In this document: positions 46,667 to 56,324 of the stretch, in pieces
Layout of the letters: each line of letters begins with the position of its first letter
How positions within the stretch are numbered: the first letter of the stretch is position 1
NCBI GenBank assembly: GCA_963700985.1
Contig: OY969554.1
Coordinates: 1,536,001-1,600,000 of the forward strand
Direction of reading: 5' to 3'
From: an uncultured Chlamydiales bacterium
GTDB taxonomy: Bacteria > Chlamydiota > Chlamydiia > Chlamydiales > Rhabdochlamydiaceae
DNA: 64,000 bases
Position numbers and translations under genes: made by a program
The notes under the pieces: generated by a model
Told to the model about the DNA's origin: nothing
Databases searched by the model: none
What the model saw: only the letters and a program-made list of their open reading frames with translations

Positions 46667-47886
46667 GCGATAAGCCTGGAAGCATGCTCGGTGGCATCCT
46701 CCTAATTGGGGGAAGTTGTATTGGAGCTGGGATGCTCGGGCTGCCGATTTTAACCGGTTTAGCGGGGTTTTTTCCTTCATGCGTAATGTTCATTGCCGCA
46801 TGGGCTTTTATGACTTTAACTGGGCTTCTTCTGGTTGAAGTTAACAGCTGGTTCAAAGAACAAGTCAACTTGGTCTCGATGTTTGGGCATGCTCTGGGCA
46901 GTTTTGGCCGCATCATCAGCTGGGTACTCTATCTTTTTCTGTTTTATGCACTTTTAGTGGCCTACATTTCCGGAAGCGGGGGACTCGCTTCCAACTTCTT
47001 TCAAAATTTTCTGCAGTGGAATTTTCCGGTTTGGGTCGGCAGCCTTTTCTTTGTGGCCCTCTTTGGAGCCGTTGTCTATCAGGGCACACGTCCGGTAGAT
47101 CTATGGAATCGCGTTTTAATGGTAGGCAAGATTTTGAGTTACATAGGCTTGGTCGTTTTAGGCATGCGCTTTGTGCAAACCGAAATGCTTTTAGAGACTA
47201 AGCCCTCTTATATGCTTTTTTCATTGCCTATCCTGGTGATCTCGTTTGGATTTCACAACATGATCCCCAGCCTTACTGCCTACATGAAAGGCGATCTCAA
47301 GCGTGTGCGCCACACGATTTTAGGCGGCAGTCTTTTTGCGCTCGTGGTCTATCTGATCTGGGAATTTGTTGTGCTTGGAATTGTGCCCCTCGATGGCCCG
47401 GATGGGATCGTTGAGAGTTTGAGAACCGACCAGGAAGCTTCGCAAGCTGTAAGCAATGTGCTCGGCCTTTCTTGGGTGTCTACCTTTGCGCAATGCCTTG
47501 GCTTCTTTGCTATTTTAACCTCTTTTCTCGCTCAATCTCTTGGACTTGTGCACTTCTTGGCCGATGGGTTAAAAGTAAGTCACGAGAAAAAAGAAAACGT
47601 CTGGTTATGTGCCTTGGCGCTGGGTCCTCCCCTGATTATTTCGTTGATCTACCCCCAACTCTTCTTTAAAGCGCTGAACTTCGCAGGCGGGATCTGTGCC
47701 GTCCTGCTCTTTGGTATTCTGCCTGTTTGCATGGTCTGGATTGGGCGTTACTTTAAAAAAATTCAAACCAGCTATCAAGTTCCAGGGGGAAAACCTCTAC
47801 TGCTTGGGATTCTATTTTTCTCTCTCTTGATCATGTTCGTGCAGCTTTCGAATATGGCCGGAGCTTCCTATATTGCTAAACCATGA
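46663..47886 (+). CDS. tyrP: Aromatic amino acid (Tyr/Trp) permease, HAAAP family
   Basis: GGILLIGGSCIGAGMLGLP, SFGFHNMIPSL, AILTSFL. Confidence 0.88.
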   Translation: MSDKPGSMLGGILLIGGSCIGAGMLGLPILTGLAGFFPSCVMFIAAWAFMTLTGLLLVEVNSWFKEQVNLVSMFGHALGSFGRIISWVLYLFLFYALLVAYISGSGGLASNFFQNFLQWNFPVWVGSLFFVALFGAVVYQGTRPVDLWNRVLMVGKILSYIGLVVLGMRFVQTEMLLETKPSYMLFSLPILVISFGFHNMIPSLTAYMKGDLKRVRHTILGGSLFALVVYLIWEFVVLGIVPLDGPDGIVESLRTDQEASQAVSNVLGLSWVSTFAQCLGFFAILTSFLAQSLGLVHFLADGLKVSHEKKENVWLCALALGPPLIISLIYPQLFFKALNFAGGICAVLLFGILPVCMVWIGRYFKKIQTSYQVPGGKPLLLGILFFSLLIMFVQLSNMAGASYIAKP

Positions 47887-49883
47887 ATCGCACATTTGTT
47901 CTAAAAACCGATTTTACTCCCAAGGGAGATCAGCCTGAAGCAATTCAGAAGCTGGTAGAGGGCTTGCGGCTTCGCAAAAAGGCGCAAGTGCTTTTGGGCA
48001 TTACGGGCTCGGGTAAAACATTTACCATGGCCAATGTGATTGCGCAGGTGCAGCGACCCACCCTAATTTTGGCGCATAATAAGACCTTAGCCGCGCAGCT
48101 CTATCAAGAGTTCAAGGCCTTTTTTCCAGATAATGCAGTCGAGTATTTTGTTTCCTACTACGACTACTACCAACCTGAAGCGTATATCGCTCGTACCGAT
48201 ACCTACATCGAAAAAGACTTTGCAATCAACGACCAGATCGATCGAATGCGCCTCTCGGCCACGCGCTCGCTACTCGAACGAGATGACGTGATTATCATCT
48301 CTTCCATTTCTTGTATCTATGGCTTGGGCGTGCCTGAATATTACAGCCAAATGCAGCTCAGGCTCAAAGTGGGCCAAACTGCGAAGCGCGATGACATTCT
48401 GATCCATCTCATTATGATGCATTATAAACGCAATGATATGGATCTAATGCGGGCGACTTTTCGTGCGCGCGGTGACATCTTGGAGATCGTACCCGCCTAC
48501 GAAGAGGACCTGGCCTATCGCATCGAATTTTTTGGCGATGAGATCGAGCGTCTAAGCGCCATCGATCCGCTTACTGGTAAAGTTAAAGAGCGACCCGAAG
48601 AGATAGTCATCTATCCTGGCTCTCACCACGTTACACCGAAAGAGGTGCGCTTTTCGGCGCTTGAAACGATCAAAACTGAGCTGCAAGAGCGCGCAACTTT
48701 TTTTGAAAAAGAGAACCGTCTAATCGAGCTGCAGCGCATCAAAGAGCGCACAGCTTACGATCTTGAGATGATCAGAGAGGTGGGCTTTTGTAAGGGCATC
48801 GAAAACTACTCACGCCATTTTAGCAAAAGGCAGCCTGGGCAGCCCCCTCCTTGTTTGCTCGATTATTTTCCGCGAGATTTCCTGCTTTTCATCGACGAAT
48901 CACATCAGACCCTACCGCAGCTACATGCCATGTACAATGGCGATCGAGCGCGTAAGCAGTCGCTGGTCGAATTTGGCTTTCGTCTCCCCTCGGCATATGA
49001 TAACCGTCCGCTTAAATTCGAAGAGTTTTGTTTGCGTGTAGATCAGACGGTTTACGTCTCGGCCACACCAGCTGCTTGGGAAGTCAAAGAGGCGCAAGGA
49101 GATCTAGTGCAGCAGATTATTCGCCCGACGGGACTGCTCGATCCGCAAATCACCATTAGGCCAGTCGGCACACAAGTGGATGATTGCCTAGAGGAGATCC
49201 GGCTTGAAACGGAAAAAGGTGGAAGAGTGCTGGTCACGACGCTTACCAAGCGCCTTTCTGAAGATCTAACTAAATATTTAAGTGAAATCGGCGTGCGTGC
49301 ACGTTTTCTTCACTCCGATATCGAAACGCTTGAAAGAGTGCAAATCCTCAATGATCTACGCAAAGGCGTTTTCGATGTGCTAGTTGGTATTAACCTTTTG
49401 CGCGAAGGTCTCGATCTTCCTGAAGTTTCGCTAGTTGCGATCCTCGATGCCGACAAAGAGGGATTTTTACGCAGTGAAACCGCTTTGTTGCAAACGTGCG
49501 GTAGGGCAGCGCGTAATTTGCATGGTAGAGTGATTATGTATGCCGATAGGATTACCTCGGCGATTCAAAAAACGATCGCTGTTACCGAAGAGCGCCGCAT
49601 CCATCAGCAGGCGTATAACGAGCAACATGGCATTATTCCGACGACGACCAAACGCGAACGCATAGAAGATCTCGCTGAAACCTTTGGCGACATTTTACCA
49701 ACGCCGCGCGCCAAAGAAGGCGAATCTGTGCATCTTACGCACGATGAGCTCACTGCGAAAATCAGAGAGTGTGAAACCGAAATGCGCGCTGCGGCCAAAG
49801 AGCTGCGCTTTGAAGATGCGGCACATTTCCGTGACCTGTTGCGCCACTATCGTCAGTTAGAACTCCTCGAGGAAAACCTGTGA
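47883..49883 (+). CDS. uvrB: Excinuclease ABC subunit B
   Basis: GDQPEAI, GITGSGKTFT, YYDYYQPEAY, FIDESH, GINLLREGLD, C-terminal UVR domain. Confidence 0.98.
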   Translation: MNRTFVLKTDFTPKGDQPEAIQKLVEGLRLRKKAQVLLGITGSGKTFTMANVIAQVQRPTLILAHNKTLAAQLYQEFKAFFPDNAVEYFVSYYDYYQPEAYIARTDTYIEKDFAINDQIDRMRLSATRSLLERDDVIIISSISCIYGLGVPEYYSQMQLRLKVGQTAKRDDILIHLIMMHYKRNDMDLMRATFRARGDILEIVPAYEEDLAYRIEFFGDEIERLSAIDPLTGKVKERPEEIVIYPGSHHVTPKEVRFSALETIKTELQERATFFEKENRLIELQRIKERTAYDLEMIREVGFCKGIENYSRHFSKRQPGQPPPCLLDYFPRDFLLFIDESHQTLPQLHAMYNGDRARKQSLVEFGFRLPSAYDNRPLKFEEFCLRVDQTVYVSATPAAWEVKEAQGDLVQQIIRPTGLLDPQITIRPVGTQVDDCLEEIRLETEKGGRVLVTTLTKRLSEDLTKYLSEIGVRARFLHSDIETLERVQILNDLRKGVFDVLVGINLLREGLDLPEVSLVAILDADKEGFLRSETALLQTCGRAARNLHGRVIMYADRITSAIQKTIAVTEERRIHQQAYNEQHGIIPTTTKRERIEDLAETFGDILPTPRAKEGESVHLTHDELTAKIRECETEMRAAAKELRFEDAAHFRDLLRHYRQLELLEENL

Positions 49884-51031
49884 AAGGAAAGCTACGCATC
49901 GGCGTGGATGTCTCGATGTTGGTTAAATTTACGGGTGGCGTGGGTTTTTACGTTTTTCATTTGCTAGACGAGCTCATTCAACAGCGAACAGATTGCCTTT
50001 TTTTTCTCTATGCACCTTCTTCTAAGGGAGATTTAGAGGAAAATTTAAAGCACTTTTCAAAATATGCACACGTACGCATCCGAGCTACGCGTTTTTTAGC
50101 TTCGCGCGGCACACTCTGGAGAGTGTTAACCATCCCTTTTTTCTTGCGCAAAGATAAGATCGATGTTTTTTGGGAGACGATCTACATCTTTCATTTTTTG
50201 AAGCCGAAAAGAGTAAAAACTCTTCTAACTATCTATGATTTTGTCCCTTGTCTCTTTCGCGAGACCATGAGTCACGCCAATGCCCTCTATCACCTTTGCA
50301 CGATGAAGGGGAGTTTAAGAAATGCCGATTATCGCCTTCCTATTTCTCAAGGAACTGCTAAGCGTTTAAAAGAACTTTTTAGCTTGGATTATCACTCCAT
50401 TATTTACCCACCACAAAAACCAGATGTCTACTATCGAGAGATGCCGCTTCTAGCTCCATTTTTAGCGAAGCATAACCTTGAATATAATCACTACCTCGTC
50501 ACAGTGGGCACGATGGAGCCGCGCAAAAACTTTAGTCTGCTCGTAAAACTCTATTTTGATGCGCTTGAGAAGTATGGCCCTGAAAATGTGATGCCGCTGG
50601 TAATCATTAGCAGCGGCGGATGGAAGAATGAAGAGCTGCAGCGGATCTTTTCTCATGCACAAGAAAAATATCCATCCCATTTCAAAGTCACAGGTTATGT
50701 GGACGATAATGAGCTTTCGCTCTACCTATCTGGTGCAAAGTTTTATATCGCGCTTTCGATGTACGAAGGTTATGGAATGCCCATAGCGGAGGCGCGGCGC
50801 TGCCGCACACCCGTGATCTGCTTGGATGTTCCTGAGATGCGCGAGGCGGCTGAAGATGACGGGATCTTTCTTAAGTGCTATGAGCTTGAGGAAAAGCTAC
50901 TTCCATTAATGCGCTTTTCCAAAAACTTAAGCACAGAAGAGAAACCGCCTTTAAAACTTAACTATTGCACAAATGCCGAAAGTATTGGGAAAATGGCATT
51001 GATATTGGATGAAATAATCTCGGCGAAATGA
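49880..51031 (+). CDS. Glycosyltransferase family 4 (paralog A)
   Basis: VGTMEPRKN, YEGYGMPIAEA. GTG start overlapping the uvrB stop. Confidence 0.9.
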   Translation: MKGKLRIGVDVSMLVKFTGGVGFYVFHLLDELIQQRTDCLFFLYAPSSKGDLEENLKHFSKYAHVRIRATRFLASRGTLWRVLTIPFFLRKDKIDVFWETIYIFHFLKPKRVKTLLTIYDFVPCLFRETMSHANALYHLCTMKGSLRNADYRLPISQGTAKRLKELFSLDYHSIIYPPQKPDVYYREMPLLAPFLAKHNLEYNHYLVTVGTMEPRKNFSLLVKLYFDALEKYGPENVMPLVIISSGGWKNEELQRIFSHAQEKYPSHFKVTGYVDDNELSLYLSGAKFYIALSMYEGYGMPIAEARRCRTPVICLDVPEMREAAEDDGIFLKCYELEEKLLPLMRFSKNLSTEEKPPLKLNYCTNAESIGKMALILDEIISAK

Positions 51032-51810
51032 TGAAAGTTGTAATTCTAGCAGGCGGCTTGGGAACAAGATTATCTGAATTAACAGGTAATATCCCCAAAC
51101 CTATGATTGAAATCGGTGGTAGGCCAATTCTTTGGCATATCATGAACATCTTTGCACATTATGGGTTTACTGAGTTTGTGATCGCATTAGGATATAAACA
51201 AGAGCTCATCAAACAATACTTTCTGAATTTTTTTCCGCATCAGAGCGATCTTTCGATCGACTTAGAGAGTGGAAAAATACATATCAACAAAGGTAGAGGC
51301 ACGAACTGGAAGATCCATCTAGTTGATACTGGGGTACATACTCAAACGGGTGGACGGCTAAAGCGCCTTAAAAAATGGATTGGAAATGAGACCTTTCTGA
51401 TGACTTATGGCGACGGCGTGGCTGATGTCGATATTCCCGAGCTGATCAATTTTCACAAGGCCCAGAAAAAATTAGCCACCTTGACTGCTGTCAGACCGCC
51501 CGCGCGATTTGGAGCGCTGATGCTAGAGGGAAACCAGGTGGTGCAATTTAGTGAGAAGCGGCAGGCCAGCGAAGGATGGATTAACGGCGGCTTTTTTGTG
51601 CTTGAGCCCGATGTTTTAAATTTTATTAAAGATGACCAGACTTCTTGGGAGAGAGAGCCTCTCGAAAGCCTCGTGGAAAGCAAACAGCTGAACGCATATT
51701 TGCATCAGGGATTCTGGCGTCCGATGGATACGTTGCGCGATCAGCGCTCACTCGATGAGCTTTGGGATAAAGAGAAAGCTCCATGGAAAGTATGGAGGGA
51801 TCATGAGTGA
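51028..51810 (+). CDS. rfbF: Glucose-1-phosphate cytidylyltransferase
   Basis: ILAGGLGTRLSE, PKPMIEIGGRPILWHIM, TYGDG, WINGGFFV, GFWRPMDTLRD. Confidence 0.93.
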   Translation: MMKVVILAGGLGTRLSELTGNIPKPMIEIGGRPILWHIMNIFAHYGFTEFVIALGYKQELIKQYFLNFFPHQSDLSIDLESGKIHINKGRGTNWKIHLVDTGVHTQTGGRLKRLKKWIGNETFLMTYGDGVADVDIPELINFHKAQKKLATLTAVRPPARFGALMLEGNQVVQFSEKRQASEGWINGGFFVLEPDVLNFIKDDQTSWEREPLESLVESKQLNAYLHQGFWRPMDTLRDQRSLDELWDKEKAPWKVWRDHE

Positions 51811-52804
51811 GTTTTGGCGTCAAAAAAATGTGCTGATAACTGGTGCCACAGGACTGGTCGGGACGCATCTCTCAAAGACCCTTTTAGAAAAGGGAGCTCA
51901 TGTTGTGGCCCTCGTGCGCGATTATGATCCCCAAAGCGAACTCATCCGCAGCGGACTCATAAAGCAGATGTCGGTCGTGCAAGGAGCTTTAGAAGATGGC
52001 ACTTCGGTAGAACGTGCGCTTTGTGAGCATGAGATCGATACGGTCTTTCATCTTGGCGCTCAGACTCAGGTAGGGTGTGCATTCAGCGCGCCTCTGCTCA
52101 CATTTGAAGCCAATATTCGCGGCACCTACATCTTATTGGAAGCTTGCCGCAGACAAAAGAGTCGAGTGCAGAGAATCGTGGTGGCTTCTAGTGATAAAGC
52201 CTACGGAACAAGCGCTACCCTGCCCTATACAGAAGAGATGCCTCTAAAGGGAGAAAATCCCTACGATGTCTCTAAGTCCTGTGCCGATCTTCTCTCCCTT
52301 TCTTATGCTTCTACATATCATCTGCCTATTGCAGTGGCGCGTTGTGGAAACATTTATGGCGGTGGAGATCTCAACTGGAATCGTTTAATTCCAGGCACCA
52401 TTAAAAACTTTTTCGAGGGCGTCCCTCCGGAAATTCGCAGCGATGGCAGCTATACGCGCGATTACGTCTATGTTACCGATATTATCGACGGTTATCTCAA
52501 GCTGGCGTGTGCAATCAATCGCGAAGATGTGCAAGGCCAAGCCTTTAATTTTGGGCCCGAAACGCCATATACTGTGCTCGAAGTGATTCAGCTTCTACAG
52601 CTAAAGATGGGTAGGTCAGATCTCGCGCCGCGTATTTTAAATAGTGTTAAAGCCGAAATTCACCACCAGGCGCTTAGCGCTGAAAAAGCCAGAAACGTTC
52701 TGGGATGGAAGCCTTCTTACAATTTAGAAGAAGGATTGCAGCATACGATCTCTTGGTATGAAAACTACTTTGCACTGACATCTTCTTTGGGAGCCCAAGC
52801 GTGA
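51803..52804 (+). CDS. rfbG: CDP-glucose 4,6-dehydratase-like NDP-sugar dehydratase
   Basis: GATGLVG, SSDKAYG, PYDVSKSCAD, RCGNIYGGGD..WNRLIPG; follows rfbF. Confidence 0.8.
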   Translation: MSEFWRQKNVLITGATGLVGTHLSKTLLEKGAHVVALVRDYDPQSELIRSGLIKQMSVVQGALEDGTSVERALCEHEIDTVFHLGAQTQVGCAFSAPLLTFEANIRGTYILLEACRRQKSRVQRIVVASSDKAYGTSATLPYTEEMPLKGENPYDVSKSCADLLSLSYASTYHLPIAVARCGNIYGGGDLNWNRLIPGTIKNFFEGVPPEIRSDGSYTRDYVYVTDIIDGYLKLACAINREDVQGQAFNFGPETPYTVLEVIQLLQLKMGRSDLAPRILNSVKAEIHHQALSAEKARNVLGWKPSYNLEEGLQHTISWYENYFALTSSLGAQA

Positions 52805-53373
52805 AATTCACCCCAACATCAATTTCAGGCGCCTGTTTAATTCAAATGCAACCTATAGAAGATGAGCGCGGCTTTTTTGCGCGCACTTTCTGCCTTCAAA
52901 CCTTTGAAGAGCAGGGGTTAAATTCGCATCTGGAACAGTGCAGCGCCGCCTTTAACAAGAAAAAAGGTACGCTTAGAGGCCTGCACTATCAGATTGAACC
53001 TTATCCCGAGGTTAAGCTCATTCGCTGCTCTCGCGGGGCTGTCTATGATGTCATTCTAGACCTTCGTCCTTCTTCACCCACATTTGGAAAATGGGAGGCG
53101 TTCGAGCTCTCAGAAGCGAATCGCGCGATGCTTTACATTCCTGCAGGTTGTGCTCATGGTTACCAGACTCTGACAGACAGCGCTGAACTTTTTTACCAAA
53201 TGTCTGGCAAATATGTGAAAGAAGCTGAGCGCGGCGTACGCTGGAACGATCCTAGCTTTGCGATTATTTGGCCTGAGGTAAGCGGGCGTATTCTTTCTGA
53301 AAAAGATGAGAGTTGGCCTGATTTTTCTCTAAGGCATGATTTAGGACACCACCCAAGGAATATATGCGTCTAA
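52801..53373 (+). CDS. rfbC: NDP-4-keto-6-deoxyhexose 3,5-epimerase (RmlC-like)
   Basis: DERGFFAR, GTLRGLHYQ, DLRPSSPTF, IPAGCAHGYQTL, WNDP. Confidence 0.88.
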   Translation: MKFTPTSISGACLIQMQPIEDERGFFARTFCLQTFEEQGLNSHLEQCSAAFNKKKGTLRGLHYQIEPYPEVKLIRCSRGAVYDVILDLRPSSPTFGKWEAFELSEANRAMLYIPAGCAHGYQTLTDSAELFYQMSGKYVKEAERGVRWNDPSFAIIWPEVSGRILSEKDESWPDFSLRHDLGHHPRNICV

Positions 53374-54128
53374 CACTCGATACAGATGTTGGCGTAATTA
53401 TTCATGACGACGGGCAGAAAGAGGTGAAGCACCCTCTTTATTCGAATGAAGCTTTTGAGCTGCTCTCGCAGGCTTGGCTCAAATTAGGCTGGAATCAAAA
53501 GCATATCTACACTTTTACCTGGCTAGGAAGACCAGTTATTCAATTGCCCGAAGATCTGATGCGTTTTCAAGAAGTCATCTGGGCATTAAAACCCGATGTC
53601 ATTTTAGAAACAGGGATTGCGCACGGCGGCTCCCTAGTTTTTTCGGCAAGTTTATGCAAACTTTTGGGAAAAGGCAGGGTGATTGGCGTGGATATCGATA
53701 TTCGCGCGCATAATCGCCAAGCTTTGGAAAGCCACGAGCTTTTCCCTTTCCTTACCTTGATTCAAGGCAGCTCAATCGATCCAGAAACTGTGGAAAAAGT
53801 TAAGGCTCAGATTCTTCCGCATGAAACTGTATTAGTTCTTCTCGATTCAAATCACACCAAAGAGCACGTACGTACAGAGCTTGAGGCTTATGCAGGGCTT
53901 GTCTCCTCAGGGTCATATATTATCGTGGCTGATGGGTTGATGGAAGATTTACATGATACGCCCCGAGGATTGCCTGGTTGGAAGAATGATAATCCAAAGG
54001 CTGCTGCTCAAGAATTTCTTCTCGCTCACCCCGAGTTTGAACTGAACGATCCTGCTTGGGTCTTTAATGAGAGCCAGCTGCTCAAAAGCGTATCCCATTG
54101 GCCTGGTGCTTGGCTACGCAAGAGGTAG
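53364..54128 (+). CDS. CmcI-family (cephalosporin-hydroxylase-like) sugar O-methyltransferase
   Basis: WLGRPVIQLPED, KPDVILETGIAHGGS, LDSNHT..HV..EL..YA. Confidence 0.85.
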   Translation: MRLTLDTDVGVIIHDDGQKEVKHPLYSNEAFELLSQAWLKLGWNQKHIYTFTWLGRPVIQLPEDLMRFQEVIWALKPDVILETGIAHGGSLVFSASLCKLLGKGRVIGVDIDIRAHNRQALESHELFPFLTLIQGSSIDPETVEKVKAQILPHETVLVLLDSNHTKEHVRTELEAYAGLVSSGSYIIVADGLMEDLHDTPRGLPGWKNDNPKAAAQEFLLAHPEFELNDPAWVFNESQLLKSVSHWPGAWLRKR

Positions 54129-54136
54129 CGCTTTTT

Positions 54137-55189
54137 ATGGATGCTTTGCCTCAAATTACCACGATTATCCCCACTTTTCGCCGTCCCGAGACCTTAAAAC
54201 GGGCCATTCAGAGCGTTCTGAATCAGAGCTATCCTCATTTTCAAGTTTGCATTTATGACAATGCCTCGGGAGATGAAACCGCGGCGGTCGTAAAAGAGTT
54301 TATGCAGAAGGATCCTCGGGTGAAATACCATTGCCACCCCACCAATATCGGCTCAAATGCCAATTTTCAATATGGTCTGGAAAATGTGAATACTCCCTAT
54401 TTTTCCTTTCTTTCCGATGATGACTTTGTTTTTCCTGAATTTTATGAAACTACTCTCGAAGGATTTACCCGTTATCCTGAGATCGCCTTTTGCGCCGGGC
54501 AGACAATTTCTATTTACCAAGATGGCACGATAAGCCTAGTGAAGCCAGATTTTGAAGGAGAGCGCTACTTTTCTCAACCGTTCGGCGCGCTTGAATTTTT
54601 GCACGGAATTATCCCCACCTGGGGCTCTATTCTGTTCAGAAGAGAAGCGATAGAACATATTGGACCCTTAAAACTCGATATGATCTCCATCGATATCGAT
54701 TTTATTGGTCGAATAACACTGGAGCATCCCTTTTTTCTCAAATCTAAGCCCTGTGCCGTTTTAGTAAACCATCCTGATAGCATCACCTGGAAAGCGAGTA
54801 TAGATGCCTATTACCCAGATGTTTTTAACACCATTTTGCGTCTCAAGAGCCATCCCAGCTTATCTGAGGATTTCCGCCACACTTTCCATACTGCGCTGAT
54901 GAGAAAACTTAATGAGACTCTCTTCTTTATTGGTCGTGAGCATCTCTGGAAAAAAGATTTTGTGATTGCAGCCCGCGTATCACAAATTCTCTGCGGTCCG
55001 CTTAATGCCTGGGCAAATGGACCTATTCTTAAATGGGCAACCTTCTGCTGCCAAAAGATTCCCGGATCTTTTTTCCTGCTCAGATCCTTACATAATATTC
55101 TCAGAAGCACATACCGTTTGTTCAGGCCTCTTGCAACATTTCCGGAAAGTTATAAGCATCTAGTTCAAGAGCACTTAGTAGAAAAATAA
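54137..55189 (+). CDS. Glycosyltransferase family 2
   Basis: IIPTFRR, YDNASGDET, FLSDDD. Confidence 0.88.
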   Translation: MDALPQITTIIPTFRRPETLKRAIQSVLNQSYPHFQVCIYDNASGDETAAVVKEFMQKDPRVKYHCHPTNIGSNANFQYGLENVNTPYFSFLSDDDFVFPEFYETTLEGFTRYPEIAFCAGQTISIYQDGTISLVKPDFEGERYFSQPFGALEFLHGIIPTWGSILFRREAIEHIGPLKLDMISIDIDFIGRITLEHPFFLKSKPCAVLVNHPDSITWKASIDAYYPDVFNTILRLKSHPSLSEDFRHTFHTALMRKLNETLFFIGREHLWKKDFVIAARVSQILCGPLNAWANGPILKWATFCCQKIPGSFFLLRSLHNILRSTYRLFRPLATFPESYKHLVQEHLVEK

Positions 55190-55190
55190 T

Positions 55191-56324
55191 ATGAAAACTT
55201 CCAAGCGCCTGCGTATCGGAGTTGAAATTTGGCCTCTAGTCAAACTTCATGGTGGCATCAGCTACTACATCTTTCATCTTTTAGATGAACTGATTAAGCA
55301 GAACCCCGACTGGGAATTTTTTCTCTATGCGCCTGCTCGAAGTAAAACGGTTGAATGCTTCCAACGCCATCAAAACGTACATCTGCACATACTTTCGCTT
55401 TTCACTTTTAAATACATTTTTTGGCGCAATTCAATCCTGCCTTACTCTCTTCGCAAAGATAAGATCGATGTGTTCTGGGAAAATGTGTTTGTTATTCCCT
55501 TCCTGAAGCCTCGAAAAATGAAGACAGTTTTAACCGTATATGATTTTGTAGCTTACCTATTTCCAGAGACCTTAAGCCTTTTATCAGTGTTTTATCACCG
55601 TTTGATCACATCTAGCACGGTAAAGAAGGCGGACTATATCGTTTCGATCTCAAAGGGAACAGCCAAGCGCTTGAATGAAATGTTTGGCCGAGTAGCTGAT
55701 GAGGTGGTGATTCCTCCCAGTAAGCCTGAAGTTTTTTATCGGGAAAAAGAATTTCTTTCGCCTTTCCTAACTCAACAGGGGCTGAAGTATAATGACTATC
55801 TCGTGTCTGTGAGCACTTGGGAGCCGCGTAAAAACTTTGTTCTGCTCATTCAACTCTATTGCAAAACTTTGGAAGAGAAAGGGTTGGAAAATGTGATGCC
55901 CTTGGTAATCATTGGGGGTGGTGGCTGGAAAAATAAGCGGATTTTAAAAGCCTTTCAATCGGCTCAGAAAAAATATCCCACCCATTTTAAAATTGCAGGT
56001 TACGCAAGTGATCATGAACTCTCCCTCTTTTTATCTGGCGCACGCTACTACATCTCTCTTTCTCTCTATGAAGGATATGGGATGCCGCTTGCCGAAGCGC
56101 GGCATTGCCGCACCCCTGTGATCTGTTTGGATATTCCTGAAATGCGAGAGGCAGCAGAAAATGATGGAATCTTTCTAAAAAAAGAAAATTTAGAGACGGA
56201 CCTTCCCAAATTGATGTTGCGAGGAGTAGAAAATGAAAATGAAAAACCTTCTCTTGAGCTACACTACCCATCGAATGCAGAAGGGGCCTTAAGAATGGCA
56301 TCTATCTTAAAAAGTCTATGTTGA
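55191..56324 (+). CDS. Glycosyltransferase family 4 (paralog B)
   Basis: VSTWEPRKN, YEGYGMPLAEA; colinear with 49880..51031. Confidence 0.9.
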   Translation: MKTSKRLRIGVEIWPLVKLHGGISYYIFHLLDELIKQNPDWEFFLYAPARSKTVECFQRHQNVHLHILSLFTFKYIFWRNSILPYSLRKDKIDVFWENVFVIPFLKPRKMKTVLTVYDFVAYLFPETLSLLSVFYHRLITSSTVKKADYIVSISKGTAKRLNEMFGRVADEVVIPPSKPEVFYREKEFLSPFLTQQGLKYNDYLVSVSTWEPRKNFVLLIQLYCKTLEEKGLENVMPLVIIGGGGWKNKRILKAFQSAQKKYPTHFKIAGYASDHELSLFLSGARYYISLSLYEGYGMPLAEARHCRTPVICLDIPEMREAAENDGIFLKKENLETDLPKLMLRGVENENEKPSLELHYPSNAEGALRMASILKSLC

